Source: Trichoplax sp. H2 (Eukaryota). From it: DNA of 64,000 nt. Made by a program: the position numbers and the translations under genes. The stretch lies in the NCBI GenBank assembly GCA_003344405.1, contig NOWV01000021.1:248001-312000 (forward strand), read 5' to 3'. Below the pieces are notes generated by a model. The model saw only the letters and a list, made by a program, of their open reading frames with translations. It had not been told where the DNA came from and did not search any database. Shown one piece after another: positions 1-13,296 of the stretch; position 1 is the first letter of the stretch, and the number at the start of each line of letters is the position of its first letter.

Positions 1-3000
1 TGTGGATTCTAATGATAAAAAAATGTTAGTACAAGCAAATAGTGAATAATTTATTTAATAATTTAATACTAAAGTATAAATGCAGGAAGTATGTACAATA
101 CTATAAGGTTAATCTTATACTTTTACAGGATTTTATACCTTAATGAGTGCCCTGGCAATTGCAATTCGCTGCCTTTGACCACCTATAGGTTCATTATTAT
201 TTTCCTTCAGTATGAATTATTCGCATAGAGAACTAATAGCATAATGATACGAATAAAAATATTATCACCTGAAAGAGATTGACCTCTTTCACCAACAACA
301 GTTTGTAACCCGTCTGGAAATCGATCTATAAATTGCATAGCATTAGCTTGCTTGGCAGCATATATTATTTCTTCAGCAGTGATCGACTTGGCATCCTGGG
401 TACCGTAAGCAATATTTTCATAGATTGTTGTAGAAAATAAGATTGGATTCTACAATGATGATAAATCAATATATTAGTCACGCGTTAAACTAGTTTATTT
501 GTAATAATTTATATTATTTTCATTAGTATATAATAAAAGATGCACATTTCTGATCTTTCTAACCTGGCTAACTAAGCCTACATTACTACGAATCCAACCA
601 GGATTGATTGACCTTATATCTTCACCATTTATCAATACTTGTCCGACATCTGGATCATAAAATCGTAGCAACAGCGATGATAATGTGCTCTTTCCACTTC
701 CACTAGCACCAACAACTGCAGTTATAGAACCAGCTGGAACGTTGAGAGTCAAATTTTTAAATATTACATCATTTGATCTTGAGGGATAGGAAAAGCCAAT
801 ATTCTTAAAATCGATATCTCCGTTAAGGATTGAAATATCCGGTATAATTCCGGCTAAATTATAATTATTGATATGATTTCATTTAGTACTGTGGCAATAA
901 TTACTTGTAGTTTCAGACGACAAAACCTTTCATTAATAAAGCGATAATTTTGTTATTACTGACCATCAATGGGAATTTTGGGTTTGCGATCAATAATCTG
1001 CCATAATCTAGTACTGGCACCGACTCCTCTCATAAGTTCAGAATAAAATGAGCTCATTCCTAACAATAATTGTAAAATAGACAATTTAGAGCCAGCAATA
1101 TTGTAACCTAAATCAAAACTACTTCAAATTCTTAAAATGGCTTACCTGCTATCGCAATACCAACATAGCCGGAATATAATAAGAAGGATGTCAATTGGCC
1201 GACAGTTAATTGCGCTTGCGACATCATCATTCCGCCATTCCATAGTACAGCTAATAGTAGAAGGTTACCGGAAAATCCAGTCTAAAATGACATTCATTTA
1301 ATTTTCCGCTTTAGTGGTATCATATTATAATTTATCGATAGTACATACTTTTCTAGTTAAATTACAATACAGTACTTACAAAGCCAAAAAAAGTACTATT
1401 TACAAAAGCCTGTTTATTGCCAAGATGAAGAACTTTGTCGATTTTTTCTCCATATCTGTTTATTATCATAAATTTAACGTCAAGATATCTTTTAGTTTTG
1501 TTAATAATGCGCAATTTTTTAATCGTCACGGCTTCAAATGTACATTCAAACCTTGTCAATTCCTTCATTTCATTCGCAAATGCTCGCACAGTAGTGAAAT
1601 TGCTAATTTTTTCCTCGGCAATCTAGTATGATGTGTTAAGAACAATTTCCTTCTTTATCGATTCAATAGTTATAATGTAACATTGCGCCAATATTTAATA
1701 AGCTGCTGCAATATTATAGTTACCTTACTCTAACTGCAGGAAATTATTTTGATAGTCAATATCACTTTACATACGGTACTCGACTGTGAATAGGATCAGT
1801 TTATATTTATGCGTTACCTCAGTTGATGCAGCTAAAGCATTTTGGGTTTTCTCGGATAAAGTTTTTAAATATCTTCCGTATAAGATGAGAACAATTGATA
1901 ATGGCGCAACCATCCCAATACCAACAGTAGCTAGGTAAGGTGATACGTAAATCTAATCCATTTCAAGAATATAAAGTGTACATGACCATTAGTAAGTATT
2001 TAGCATCGAATTAATATCGTAGAGAGGGGAATATGATTACGATAAAATTGATGTATAAAACAGCAGTCAATTACCATCATTGAAGCTCCAATGCTAACTT
2101 GCATAAGCGCTCTTAAGCCGTCTGAGAGATTATTGGTAATTGATAAGCCGACCACTGATGTATCTGTAGACATTCTGTTAATTAATTCCCCTGTACGAGT
2201 TTTATCGAAAAATGCAATCTCTTGCTTTACAACAGAACCAAAAAGTGATTGCCTAATATTTCTTACGATGCGTTGACCTGCAAAAAATAGTGAGCTCGAG
2301 GTCAGGTTTATTGAGTTTTTTCAATAAAAGTATATAATTAAATATATTCCTTGAGATACGTTTAGTGACAGTCGCTGTAACGAAAGTAAAGTTTGATTCC
2401 TTCCTTGAATTGAAGTAACGTGATTTACTGTACCTGCAGATTGTATCAGATAGACTCGACCAAAATTTGCTAAACTACCAATAAGAAAGACTCCCGACAA
2501 AATATAGCAAGTTTGGGTCAATTTATCCATCATTGGACCACTGCGAGTGGATTCCGAACTGATTACATCAATAATATCACCCATAAAGTATGGAACTGAC
2601 ATTGTTACAGAAGAGGAAATAAATAAAAGTATAACAGCACCTAGAAGAATAAAAATTCTGTATTTTTATATTGTATCATAATAATATTAACACAGTAGTT
2701 AAACTGATTGACATAGGCATCCATCAAGGTAGTAAATGATACCGATAAAAGTAAAACAGCTTCCATAATTAACGAGCAGTAAGTTGGACAAATTACATCA
2801 TAAAGAGTAGCAATACTGTAATAGCTTCCGTAATTACGGCATTATCTAGCAGTAGGCTGGCCATATTGTATCATAAAGAGCAGCAATACTGTAATCGCTT
2901 CCATCATTACAGAATGGACTAACAGTTGGCTCGATATACTGGATTGCATCATAAAGAGCAGCATTGTCCAGAACAGATCTTTCAGCAAATTTGCTATTAT

Positions 3001-4505
3001 GGATCTACTCTCAATAATACCCATAGATATTTATGGATAACGATTTCAATTAACTTTCATCCGTCACTTTAAAGTATTGAAATGGCAAGAATGGTAAAAT
3101 GACTAGCACTTCAATGGTGTTATACCTTTATCGACTGCTAGTGAACCAAGCTAGAGAAAGGCATTCTAGTCTACTTGTACTGTTATGTTTATACCGTCAT
3201 GTTGTACTACATCAACAATAACAGCCGTTATTCATGCATGATTAAGATAGGATGAGTAGCCATTATTGAGCCGTCATTTTGCTCAATTTCTTTAGGCATA
3301 TTCAACCTCCATCGACTACAAGTAGTAGTTATGCCACAAAGTTTCGATTCTACTGTACGTGAGAACGAGTCATTTTCCCCTCATATGGATACCAGCTGCA
3401 GACATTGTGCTTACGGCAGAGTAATTTATAATTTGATAATTTCAACTCCAGCTATCGCAGCTATATAAACTACCATAACCTAAATTAGCTATCGCTACCT
3501 TACATCTACTGTATAAGCTACATGCATACTGCACGAAGGTAATGGTACTACCATCAAGAGCATCAGAGTCAAATTAGAACACCCATTTTTGGCGTGTATC
3601 GCGTTCTTGTAAGACGAACAAGCTGTTACTAGTAATGAAAAAGCCAACGTTGATCACACTGAGTGTTACAGAACTTGATGATCCTTGTTTACGACTAGTA
3701 GGTACTTCTAATTAATCATTCAACCAGAATGGTGAGAGATTTATGATTGAAAAATTGACGTTGTTGATTTAATATGAGAGACTGTAGCAGAGGGGCATTT
3801 GTAATGACATGGTGATATACTGTAAGCTTGATTGTAAATTTTTTCATCTCAGTTCGACTGAGGCTAGTGGAGGCTAGCGTAGAGTACACAGGTACTAATT
3901 TACATTATAGCTAGTAGTAAATACAATTGCGTGAAGGTAAATCCCTCTCGTTTCACTCCATTCTCTAGTATTGAAATAAGTGAGTTTCCTTATAGAGAGC
4001 ATGCTAAAGTTAGTTGAAGATTAAATAGAGTAGATAGACTAGTTTAGGTCCGATTACGAAAGCTATTTTGTGACACTGAGTAAATAATATGTGCAGGATG
4101 CAGCAGCATCAGACATTCACTTTATTGCATTTGCAAATTGCATACTGTAGCCATCCTTTCCATTGCAGCACCAAGTGTTGTCATCAAATGATACACAGAT
4201 AGATGAAAAAAGATGTAGAATAACTTACATGTCAAACGCTTGGATTCAGGCTTGGCTAAAGTGATTAAACGTTGAAGTCCAGAAATATTAGACTTGGATT
4301 TTTTTTTAACTTGATTAGACGTCGATTCCACTGCAAATCGAACAGTACTCGAGTAAGAACGAAGTGAATGCCGCCATCGACCATGACTAGCTAGCAGATT
4401 GTAAGGTCGATTGATAACGTTTACAGAATAAGAAGGAGTTATTGGAGTCATCAAGCTATACGTTAGTTTGCTAACTCCTCTCAAGTACACTAATTTAGAA
4501 GCCAT
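1..4505 (-). CDS. ABCB10: Mitochondrial ABC half-transporter ABCB10-like; spliced, 3' end truncated by the window edge
   Basis: ATG at 4505 begins an Arg/Ser-rich presequence. Exons are 4229-4505, 2434-2640, 2075-2277, 1818-1952, 1552-1622, 1380-1455, 1146-1281, 964-1059, 564-853, 270-449, 139-182 and 1-8, all GT-AG and in phase. Motifs: [32 protein letters not shown], Walker [10 protein letters not shown], signature [14 protein letters not shown]. Confidence 0.93.
2750..2970. repeat. Degenerate ~75-bp minisatellite, about 3 units, in ABCB10 intron 1
   Basis: ATCATAAAGAG(C/T)AGCA recurs at ~2797, ~2870 and ~2948. GCTTCC(A/G)T(A/C)ATT recurs at ~2759, ~2824 and ~2897. Confidence 0.75.
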
Positions 4506-5559
4506 TAGGAGAACTTGCTAGGAATAGATGATGCAATCGATAAATTACTTTCATCCACAAATGAATTGGCTGGACTTGCAATGGTCTCCTAGCGATGGCG
4601 AGATTGGACTTTCCTATACTGGCACAGTATTAAAGTGGTCTAGGAGAGTGGCCATGGGCGTATGTTATGGGCCAGTCCAAGTATAAGAATTCTTTTTACT
4701 GCTACAGTATGGCCAGAGGAGTGCCATTGAAGTATCTGGATGATGACCAACCGAATGAAATTCGACACCCGAGAGAGACGGACCGATGGACGGGTGGGTA
4801 AGTGGCCGGATGGACGGATGATGCTAACGCGAAATTGGCGGTGCTGAATGCAGTATAGTGGATCGTGTTGTAGACTGCATTCAAGGTCTCAACGTAAAAC
4901 CAATGTTGTACACGGGCCAAAATGTCAGCTAAAAGTGGATGGAGAGGTGGATAGTAGTCAATAATATCCATTTCCTCATTTTCTATGCTTGCCTAACTCA
5001 AAAGTAATCAATACGAAGTCATTCTAGCGGGATTGATGGTCGTATAAATGTCCCTCAAAGAGTGAGACATCCGTAAGAGCTTGAACAATGTTTGAAAAAA
5101 TGCTGTATGTTTTATCGTCAATCACCAACCAAGACCTCTTTTGCATATTGCTCCAACTCGGAGTAACTAGCCTGGCCGATAGCATCATTTGCACCGAGTC
5201 TGTGGACTAGTATGCAAGAGAGAGGGACTTGTAAATAAAAGTTTCTTCCGTCATCCTCAATCTGTCTCGACCATCCTTGTGAATCAGGACATCATATTAC
5301 AGTAGGCAGGGAGCTCATTGCAAAACAATCGTGCATAGTCCAGAGCCCACTAGCACTTGAAATGGAAATCAATCACTTATAGATTGACTACTGCAGGTGA
5401 AAAATGGATCACTCTGCAGTCTTTAGACTTACAGTACAGACTAGTGACTTGAACAATGACTTCCATAAATAAATTAAATTTGAGTTCAATGCGCATCCTA
5501 CCATTTCAAGGTAGCTTAGTCAAGTAAGCATGACATCAACACGAAAGCAGGAAATCTGA

Positions 5560-6140
5560 TGACCAAATACTGTCCAATATGTGCCGCTACACTGTGCACC
5601 TCTAGAACTACATGACAGTCGTTCAAGATTTCTAGTTGGATAATGCACTTAAAAGAGCTTTGATTAGTCGGTGACTTTCACTACGTGCACTACTAAAATG
5701 GGCTCCAAAATGCGGGCAATATTTTTAAGAGTCTATGCACAATCCTACGGTAGATGATCAGCTCGGAGCATGGTTTTGGAGGCGCACTGTTGACCAAGAC
5801 AGTCGTTCAAGATTTCTAGTTGTGCTCAGTATTAAAAAGAGCTCGGGTAGTCCATGACAAAGACTATATGCACTATTAGCATGGACTCCAAAATACGGGC
5901 AACATTTTAGTAGTCCGTGCACCACGCTACGATGGATAACCACCAGCTCAGAGCATGGTTTTGGAGGCGCACTGCTGACCAAATACTGTTCAATGCGTGC
6001 AGCTATACACCTTTCTACAATCTAGAACTACATGACAGTCGTTCAAGATTTCTAGTTGTGTACGGTACTAAAATGAGCTTGACTACTAAATGGGCTCAAA
6101 AATGTAGGCAACTTTTTAGTAATCCGTGCACAATCCTCTA
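5560..6140. repeat. Three diverged tandem units of ~185-235 bp between the divergent ABCB10 and SRBD1 genes
   Basis: The identical 25-mer GACAGTCGTTCAAGATTTCTAGTTG occurs at 5614, 5798 and 6034. GAGCATGGTTTTGGAGGCGCACTG(T/C)TGACCAA occurs at ~5766 and ~5951. Confidence 0.9.
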
Positions 6141-7031
6141 GTAAACATACTAATTCAATACCAAGAATCCAAGATGAATACTTTTAATTCTGATTACCTT
6201 TACAGACCTGATGGAGGATTCATCATTCGAATGCCTCCATCACCTGTATTTATTTCTCTATTTAGCATCAGAGAAAACGCAATTTAACCGGTTTCGTATA
6301 AAAATGGAGGTTGTCACTCAGCAAAACAAAATTGGGCTCAGAAAAATGATATTTTTCATATATTTGAGCATGATTTTACAGACTCTATGCTGACCATGGC
6401 AACCTCGACTTCTAGTCCTGCTTCTGCAGTCATGGACTACTACCATACTGTACTGTGGCTTCCTTTCTCGTAGCCCATGGGTGTACCGCGAAACATCCAT
6501 ACGGTAGGGTATCCAGTATGACAGGGGTGCCGTTCTGGACCGTCCAAGTGTCCAGGTGTCAATATTTCTTCATCGGCTAGCCGGCGAACTCCTTGCCATC
6601 CAACCAGTTCGAAATCGTCCACATCGATGCAAAGACATTGGGCAGGCCATTGCATGCGAAAAGATTCGTCATTGCAGCCTTGGAAATACAACGTGAAAGC
6701 AACAAGCTGAAGTAAAAGCTAAAACAGTGGCCGCTACTAGACTGACAGTAGAATCGCCAAGAGCTCACATTCCATTCATAGCCAAGATTCCATCATTATA
6801 GAATCATAATAAGAAGGACAAATTGAGAGCGATCACGGTAATTATTTATTTTCCTCCTCATTTCTCATGCAAGTTATGATCTCCTTGGCTTTTTCTCTCG
6901 TATCTCTCTCTCCCCTTGTTCATAGAGCATTCTTATTTATTAGTAGAGATGGATAATGTTTCTAGACGAATGAATGATAGCTATACAACCTGTGATAAAG
7001 TTATTATTGTTTTGGGGACATTTTAATTTAG

Positions 7032-10000
7032 ATGGCAAGTCAAAGACACGATCAATCATTGCAAGCATTTTATATCAAGCGATTAGCTCAACGTTATCAA
7101 GCCAATGAAGTCGCAGTCAAGAACGCAATCGCTCTATTACGAGAAGGAAATACTGTGCCATTTATCGTTCGTTACAAGAGTAGCATGATCCAAGGAATTA
7201 ATGATATAAATATTCAGCAAATTCGAAATGACTACGAAGACTTCATGTAAGTTGCGTCTACATCAATAAGCATAGTCAACAGGATTGGTGCGGTGTCTAT
7301 TTTTAACGTGTTTCAGCACCTTGTTTTTCAACTCGATCATTTGCTGGCGCCGATATTCATCCTACTCATGTTGCATGCTACGATCACTGAAATCTTACTG
7401 TTATGCCTGGTTAGTATTAGCCAAGGTTGCTTTACAGTACTACAAACAAAATAAACTTCCAATATTGAGTTAATCCTAAGGCTTTTTGTCCCGACCGGGC
7501 TAGAAATTGCAGTACTAGTTTTCAAGATGGCTTGCAAAATGATTTCTCACTTTAAACGCTAGTATGCATACTGTACGATCGATATGCAGGCTAGGAAAGT
7601 CCCTTGCTTAACTTTCCTCTGTGCTGAACCTACTATGCAACTTGCTTAGCTAAAGGCGATGTTGACTATCTCATTTCGTATCCAATAAGAATATTGAATA
7701 ATAATAATTCTTGAATCAAGTCCAATACATGGACCAACGATCGTTCCATAACTGAATCCTATACAAATAGGCTTGAGCCTTAGTCGTGATAGTCTACACG
7801 ATCGACTTTACAGATGATTAGTGTTAACTTGCTAGCATTCAATGGATGGCAAACCTTCTAATACTGTACTTTGATTGAAAATAGCCATGATATATACCTT
7901 CGACTGTGCTAGCTGTATCATTCTTCACATAATATTTACTATGGCTAGACTTTAAAGATATTATGACCATCAATTCAAAGTCGTGACGCCTTACGATAGA
8001 CAGTCGTGATTCGATCTGGTACAAATCGATTAAACAAAATTATTCCGATAGCAAATGGTTAAATTGTACTTTTTTTAAAACATTTATACTAACACATAGT
8101 AACTTTACGATTAAATTAATGCCAAATATGATTCAGATGAGTTACTTCGTGGGTTGTGATGCACAAATGCACCTTTACTAAATGACTAATCTTGCTCAGT
8201 AGAAGAATCCTATCCATCCTGATACCGTAGGATGAAGACTTTCACACAGTCCATAGTGCACCATAAGTCTGCGGCCACAAAATGCCGTAGATAGCACTGT
8301 TATTCTGTGTTCAGTGTGCTCACTGTGTTATTATATGCGTGCGCTCAGTTATGCAAAGGATGAATTTCAGTAACATACTATTGACGTTGTTCAACTTACA
8401 GCTTCATGCATAATCGTAGGATAAATAGGATGGAAATCTCAATGCCATAATTCTTTCATCATGTTGTACTACAGTCAGCAGTAACGAGCTCAAAACTTCA
8501 CCTTGTGTTACTGGTGACTATATCTTTATTTCATCCTACTAGATTACTTCAAGAAGAAAGCAAGAAACTAAAGACAAGGCTGCAAAAAAGCGGTGCTTTA
8601 ACTTTACAGCTAGAGCAAGAGCTCGATCGCGCTGAGTCTGTGGAAGAAATTAAAGAATTGGTGAGAGAAATGACTGGCAATAATTACTTCAACCTAAGAT
8701 AGGACGGCACTGTTTTATACTCAAAGTTTACTAGTATATTGTTGTCTTATCCATAACTTACTACAGTGGCTACCATGGTCAACAGATATTATATATTTAC
8801 CGTATTCTACTGTAGGCTAAACAGTTTAAAACAACTCCCACTGGATCATTAGCCGATAGAGCTAAAAAACTTGGTCTGGATAAGTTAGCCACTTTATTAC
8901 TTGAAAATAAAATTGATCAAGTGAATTTTAAATCGTGGATCAAAAGAGATACTCAAGGTATGAACTTTGAACGTAAAAGATGTATTACTTTTAATTTTAT
9001 TATATATCGTATGTAAGAAATAAATTGTTATATATAATAGTTGCTATCGTATTGTCAGTAACTGAACTTGCAACATACCATTGGCATATCACTTATTGAT
9101 AACCCTAGTGTGCAAGTAATATCACTTCTAGTACTGAAGTACGTATAGTTGTGTTTAGCCAGATAACCATCTGTGATTAATTCTGTCGCTGAATCGTTTA
9201 TTGGATAGGACGTGCACTGTAGTAGATAGTTATGATTAAATAGTTGAAACTGAAATATCTTAACTACCAGGTCTAGCATCAATCGAAGATATCCAGAATG
9301 GTGTCAAACACATCTTAGCTAATGTAATCGCCAAGAATTCTAATTGCAGAAGTTACGTCGGCAAACTGTAAGCTGAGTCATTATTTTTAGAGTAAGAGCA
9401 AGCACAGTGTACATCATTAAGACCAACTTGTTATAATTATCATTCCTATGATAGCAAGTCGTACGTATACATTATTACCGTTTGTGTAAGCCTTCCCAAT
9501 TTACAGTTATACAAATGCAAGATAATATCAGTTTTGTATTCTAAGACTCTTTATACATAATGCTTATTAGATTTAAAAATGCTGAGATCACTTCATTCCT
9601 ATCGTCAACAACAATCAAGCAGCAAATGCATAATCCCTCATTCGATAATGTTTTGGAGAGATATTCTAACTTTCAAAGAAAAGTTACACATGTTCTACCT
9701 CATCAGGTACATATTATACACCGTCAGTCACACTTGCATACTTTGATCAACGCCTACTATATCTACTGTACAGATATCAGTAGACGAGTTTAGATGTGGA
9801 TAGGACGAAAACTGCTATGAAATCTGGCATGTATAAAATTAGATTTTATTGACTTACCGGTATCATTAGGTGTTGGCTCTGAATCGTGGTGAACGAGAGA
9901 AAATCCTAACTGTGAAAATAAAAGCTGATTTCAAAGCTCAGGAAAAGTTCTGCACATGGGCAAGAAATGAAATATTCCCATTTGTCCCGAAAAGAAAAGG

Positions 10001-12772
10001 TCTAGCTAAACTATATCGCCATAATAATACCAATTTATAAATTACTTTGTGAAATTTCCCGTGAGATGATCGTAATTTATTCGATCGTTTATCTATGGAT
10101 ATTCCGATTTTTTCTCTATGATTAGATGTTGAACGCATATTTAATGAAGCAACAAAGGATGCATTTGTTCGATTGCTACAACCTGCTGAAGAAAGACGGA
10201 TTCGGTAAAAACAAGCGCCTTTTTGCATTAATTCAATATGTTAGAATAAATTAAATATTGCACAGCTACTTGTAGTTGCAGTCAAATGAGTAGTGAAGTT
10301 TTACGCTTGCGATGAAATAATGCCAGTGTTGTTATTGCTAGACGTAATCTGACATGTCAAGCCCAAAAAGCGGCTGTGAGTATTTTTACTCAAAATTTGC
10401 GTCGGATGTTGTTGACTCCGTCAGTAAGCGGAAAAGTCATCTTGGGAATAGATCCTGGATATAAAAATGGTTGCAAATTAGCTATAATTGATAAATTAGG
10501 TATTTAAATTGTCTATTTTAGGCATTTATAGGAACACCAATTATTATTTTATTTTAATTAATGTAAGGCGTAATTACAGGTGAAGTATTGCACGCTACTA
10601 TAATCTATATACATGATGCAAGAATCAGCGAAGCTGAGGCAACTCTAGTCAACCTTGTCCAAGGATTCAAGTAAGATTTTTTTGAATTAAAAAGTACTAG
10701 TAAATCAGTATTATTGACATTTTTAATTAAAGCATTATTACTGTATAAAAATTACTTTTACGTTTTTGGGGGTTTATGGATACCCAGGTGTTCGCTTATA
10801 GCAATTGGTAACGGTTGTGCGTGCCGCGATGTGGAAACTCTACTCAGTAACTTGACCTCAAGGAGAGCTTTCAATTTTCAAAAGGTCAAGTACTGGTAAG
10901 ATCTTGTGTGCTTTTTAAGCTTAAGCTTAATTTTGTTCTATCTTGATAGTAAAATGTCTTTCAGCTTTGTCAACGAATCTGGGAGCTCTTGGTATAGTAT
11001 ATCGGAACTTGGCAGAGCGGAACTGCCGAAGTTAATGCCAAACTTAAGGAGTGCCGGTAAACGGATAGATGTATTAATTACTAGTCTCTTTCTATTGAAC
11101 CCTTGAAGATTATTGTAATATTGCAGTACGTATAAGGCAAATTAAGCATTAAACTGATATTTCTTACTATAGTTTCTATCGCTAGAAGATTGCAAAACCC
11201 ACTTGCTGAGATGACAAAAGTAGAGCCAAAACATTTGGGTGTTGGTATGTATCAGGTAATTATGCACATCGCTAAAGATTGGGATGAAAATTGTTTAGTT
11301 ATTTTATTTATCAAAACTTACAAACTCATAATATTATGTCATAGCATGATATTCCTGATAAGTTACTGGAAAAAGCGGTAAAAGGTGTCTTAGAGGCGTG
11401 CGTTAGTTTTGTTGGAATCGATTGTAACACTGCCGACGTGACAATGCTACAGTAGGATACTTTTAGATAATTTAAAATAGTATTTGTTGCAAGTCCGCTT
11501 AACTTTGGCCTACGTATTATAATAGGCACGTTGCCGGTCTCAATCTTAAGTGTGCAAAAGCTATAGTTGAATATAGAAAAGAGAATGGTCCGCTATGCAA
11601 CCGTGAACAGTTAAAGAAAATAAAAGGAATTGGACCGAAAACTTTTGAACAATGTGCTGGCTTTCTACGAATTAATCCTGGTACATATCATTCTGCAAGA
11701 GATCCGAAAGCAAAGATACCATTATATAGTTTTGAAATGGAATGTATTTTTCTTGCTTGTCAATAGCTTCCTATGAGGAAAACTTGAGCAACTACACGAG
11801 CCTGACGGTATCAACAAGTTCTGGGAAAAGGAAGATATGCACTGATAGTAGTATCGTTGCAAGAAAGAAACAGAGAATAATAGCAGAATCTAACAAGCTA
11901 GATATGACGATAATTCATCCCGACAATTATCCTTCAGCACTGAAGTACGGTATTTCTATCGTCGACTTTGCATGATACCGACAGTGATTGATTAGAATTT
12001 TTTTTGCCAGATTTCTCCGGTACTTAGGAGCTACAATGGATGACATAGGCGACCAAAAACTGATTGAAAAAGTTACGCTACAGCTCAATATTCCAGGTTC
12101 GTATTCCGATGATGTAGACTTTGTTTACAGTCAATCTACGGTACCGTATAGCGAATATAAACTGTTCCAATAAAGTTACTTCTTATTTAGATCTGTATTA
12201 TTCTGCAGTAGAATCTAATAGATTCTAATGTGCATATATTATCATTTATTGAAAGGATTTGAAGCTTTGCAAAAATGTCTAGGGATTGATTCTGACGTAT
12301 TTAAAAATTTATGCGATGCATTGCAACAGAACCTTGATTTTGATATTAGATCCGGTAACGAAAAATTTAAATATTCGTATCTAGTTGTGCAAGTTTCCGA
12401 CTTACTCTTTTTTTAACAGATTATGATGAACCTGTATTCCGAAGTAGCATTATTTCATTGCAGTCAATTGTAAATGGCACAATTTTGACCGGTTGCGTCA
12501 GAAATGTGACTACTTTCGGTATATTTGTGGATTGTGGACTAGGAACAGACGGCATGATTCGGATTGGTGAGGAAGTGATAACTCAATCTGGTATGTCTGC
12601 GTTTGCTAAAATGTACGTCAAATTCTTTTATCTATTCGATTAAACTAACGTGAAGTATAATCATATAGAAAGCGAAAAACGCCCATTGGGTCCAGGAGAT
12701 AGAGTAAAGGTAAAGGTTAAGCGTGTGAGCGGTGTAAATAACAAGAGAATCTTACTAGAATTAGCACAGTAA
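7032..12772 (+). CDS. SRBD1: S1 RNA-binding domain protein 1 (Tex/Spt6-like); spliced, about 20 exons
   Basis: The Tex N-terminal motif [11 protein letters not shown] is in exon 7032-7246. Further motifs: [15 protein letters not shown], YqgF/RNase H-like [15 protein letters not shown] (exon 10342-10499), [35 protein letters not shown], Hh[19 protein letters not shown] and S1 domain [16 protein letters not shown]. Stop TAA at 12770-12772. The ATG directly follows an acceptor AG, so an upstream exon is possible. Confidence 0.92.
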
Positions 12773-13296
12773 CTACTATAAAATGTCCTAACACGTATGA
12801 TGTAATGTTCGTTAATTAAACTTTCGTTACGTGTTGGTTTAATCCAATCAAATGGTTTGCACACCATTACATATTAATGTAAAGAAATTCTTTTTATTTT
12901 ATATACGCGTATAAAGGCGATATTAAATATTGTCATATGCATGATGCATGCTGTATATTAAAAGCTGGCTGATATTAAAGAGAATTTTTAAAAGTATTCA
13001 GTTTCCAAATATCGGATTAATTAAAACCTTCTTTTCGTGATAAAGCGTGTCCGATTTGAATGTTTTACAATAAAAACAGATGTTGTATCATTAGCGTATT
13101 GTAAGATCTTTAGATATAATATAGTAATATTTTACATACATTGCTAATCTTTATCCAATAAAACATGGCTTGACTTTTATCAATGGTCATAAAAGGTTGA
13201 GTGATTTTTTTGAATATTGCATAGTGATTTGTTCACCTAAAGGTGGTGTCTGATCCTCAGTTATCGATGGAAATACATACAGTTATCCTATAAAAA

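Noticed and set aside
2750..6140. CRISPR-like look of conserved blocks separated by variable sequence (2750-2970 and 5560-6140)
   Set aside because: The intervening sequences are homologous to each other and irregular in length, there are only 3 units, there are no cas genes, and the context is eukaryotic.
6389..6403. X-box-like CCATGGCAAC upstream of SRBD1 (and GGTAACCTAGCACC at ~36652)
   Set aside because: Only one good half-site, or located in a 3' region, with no supporting context.
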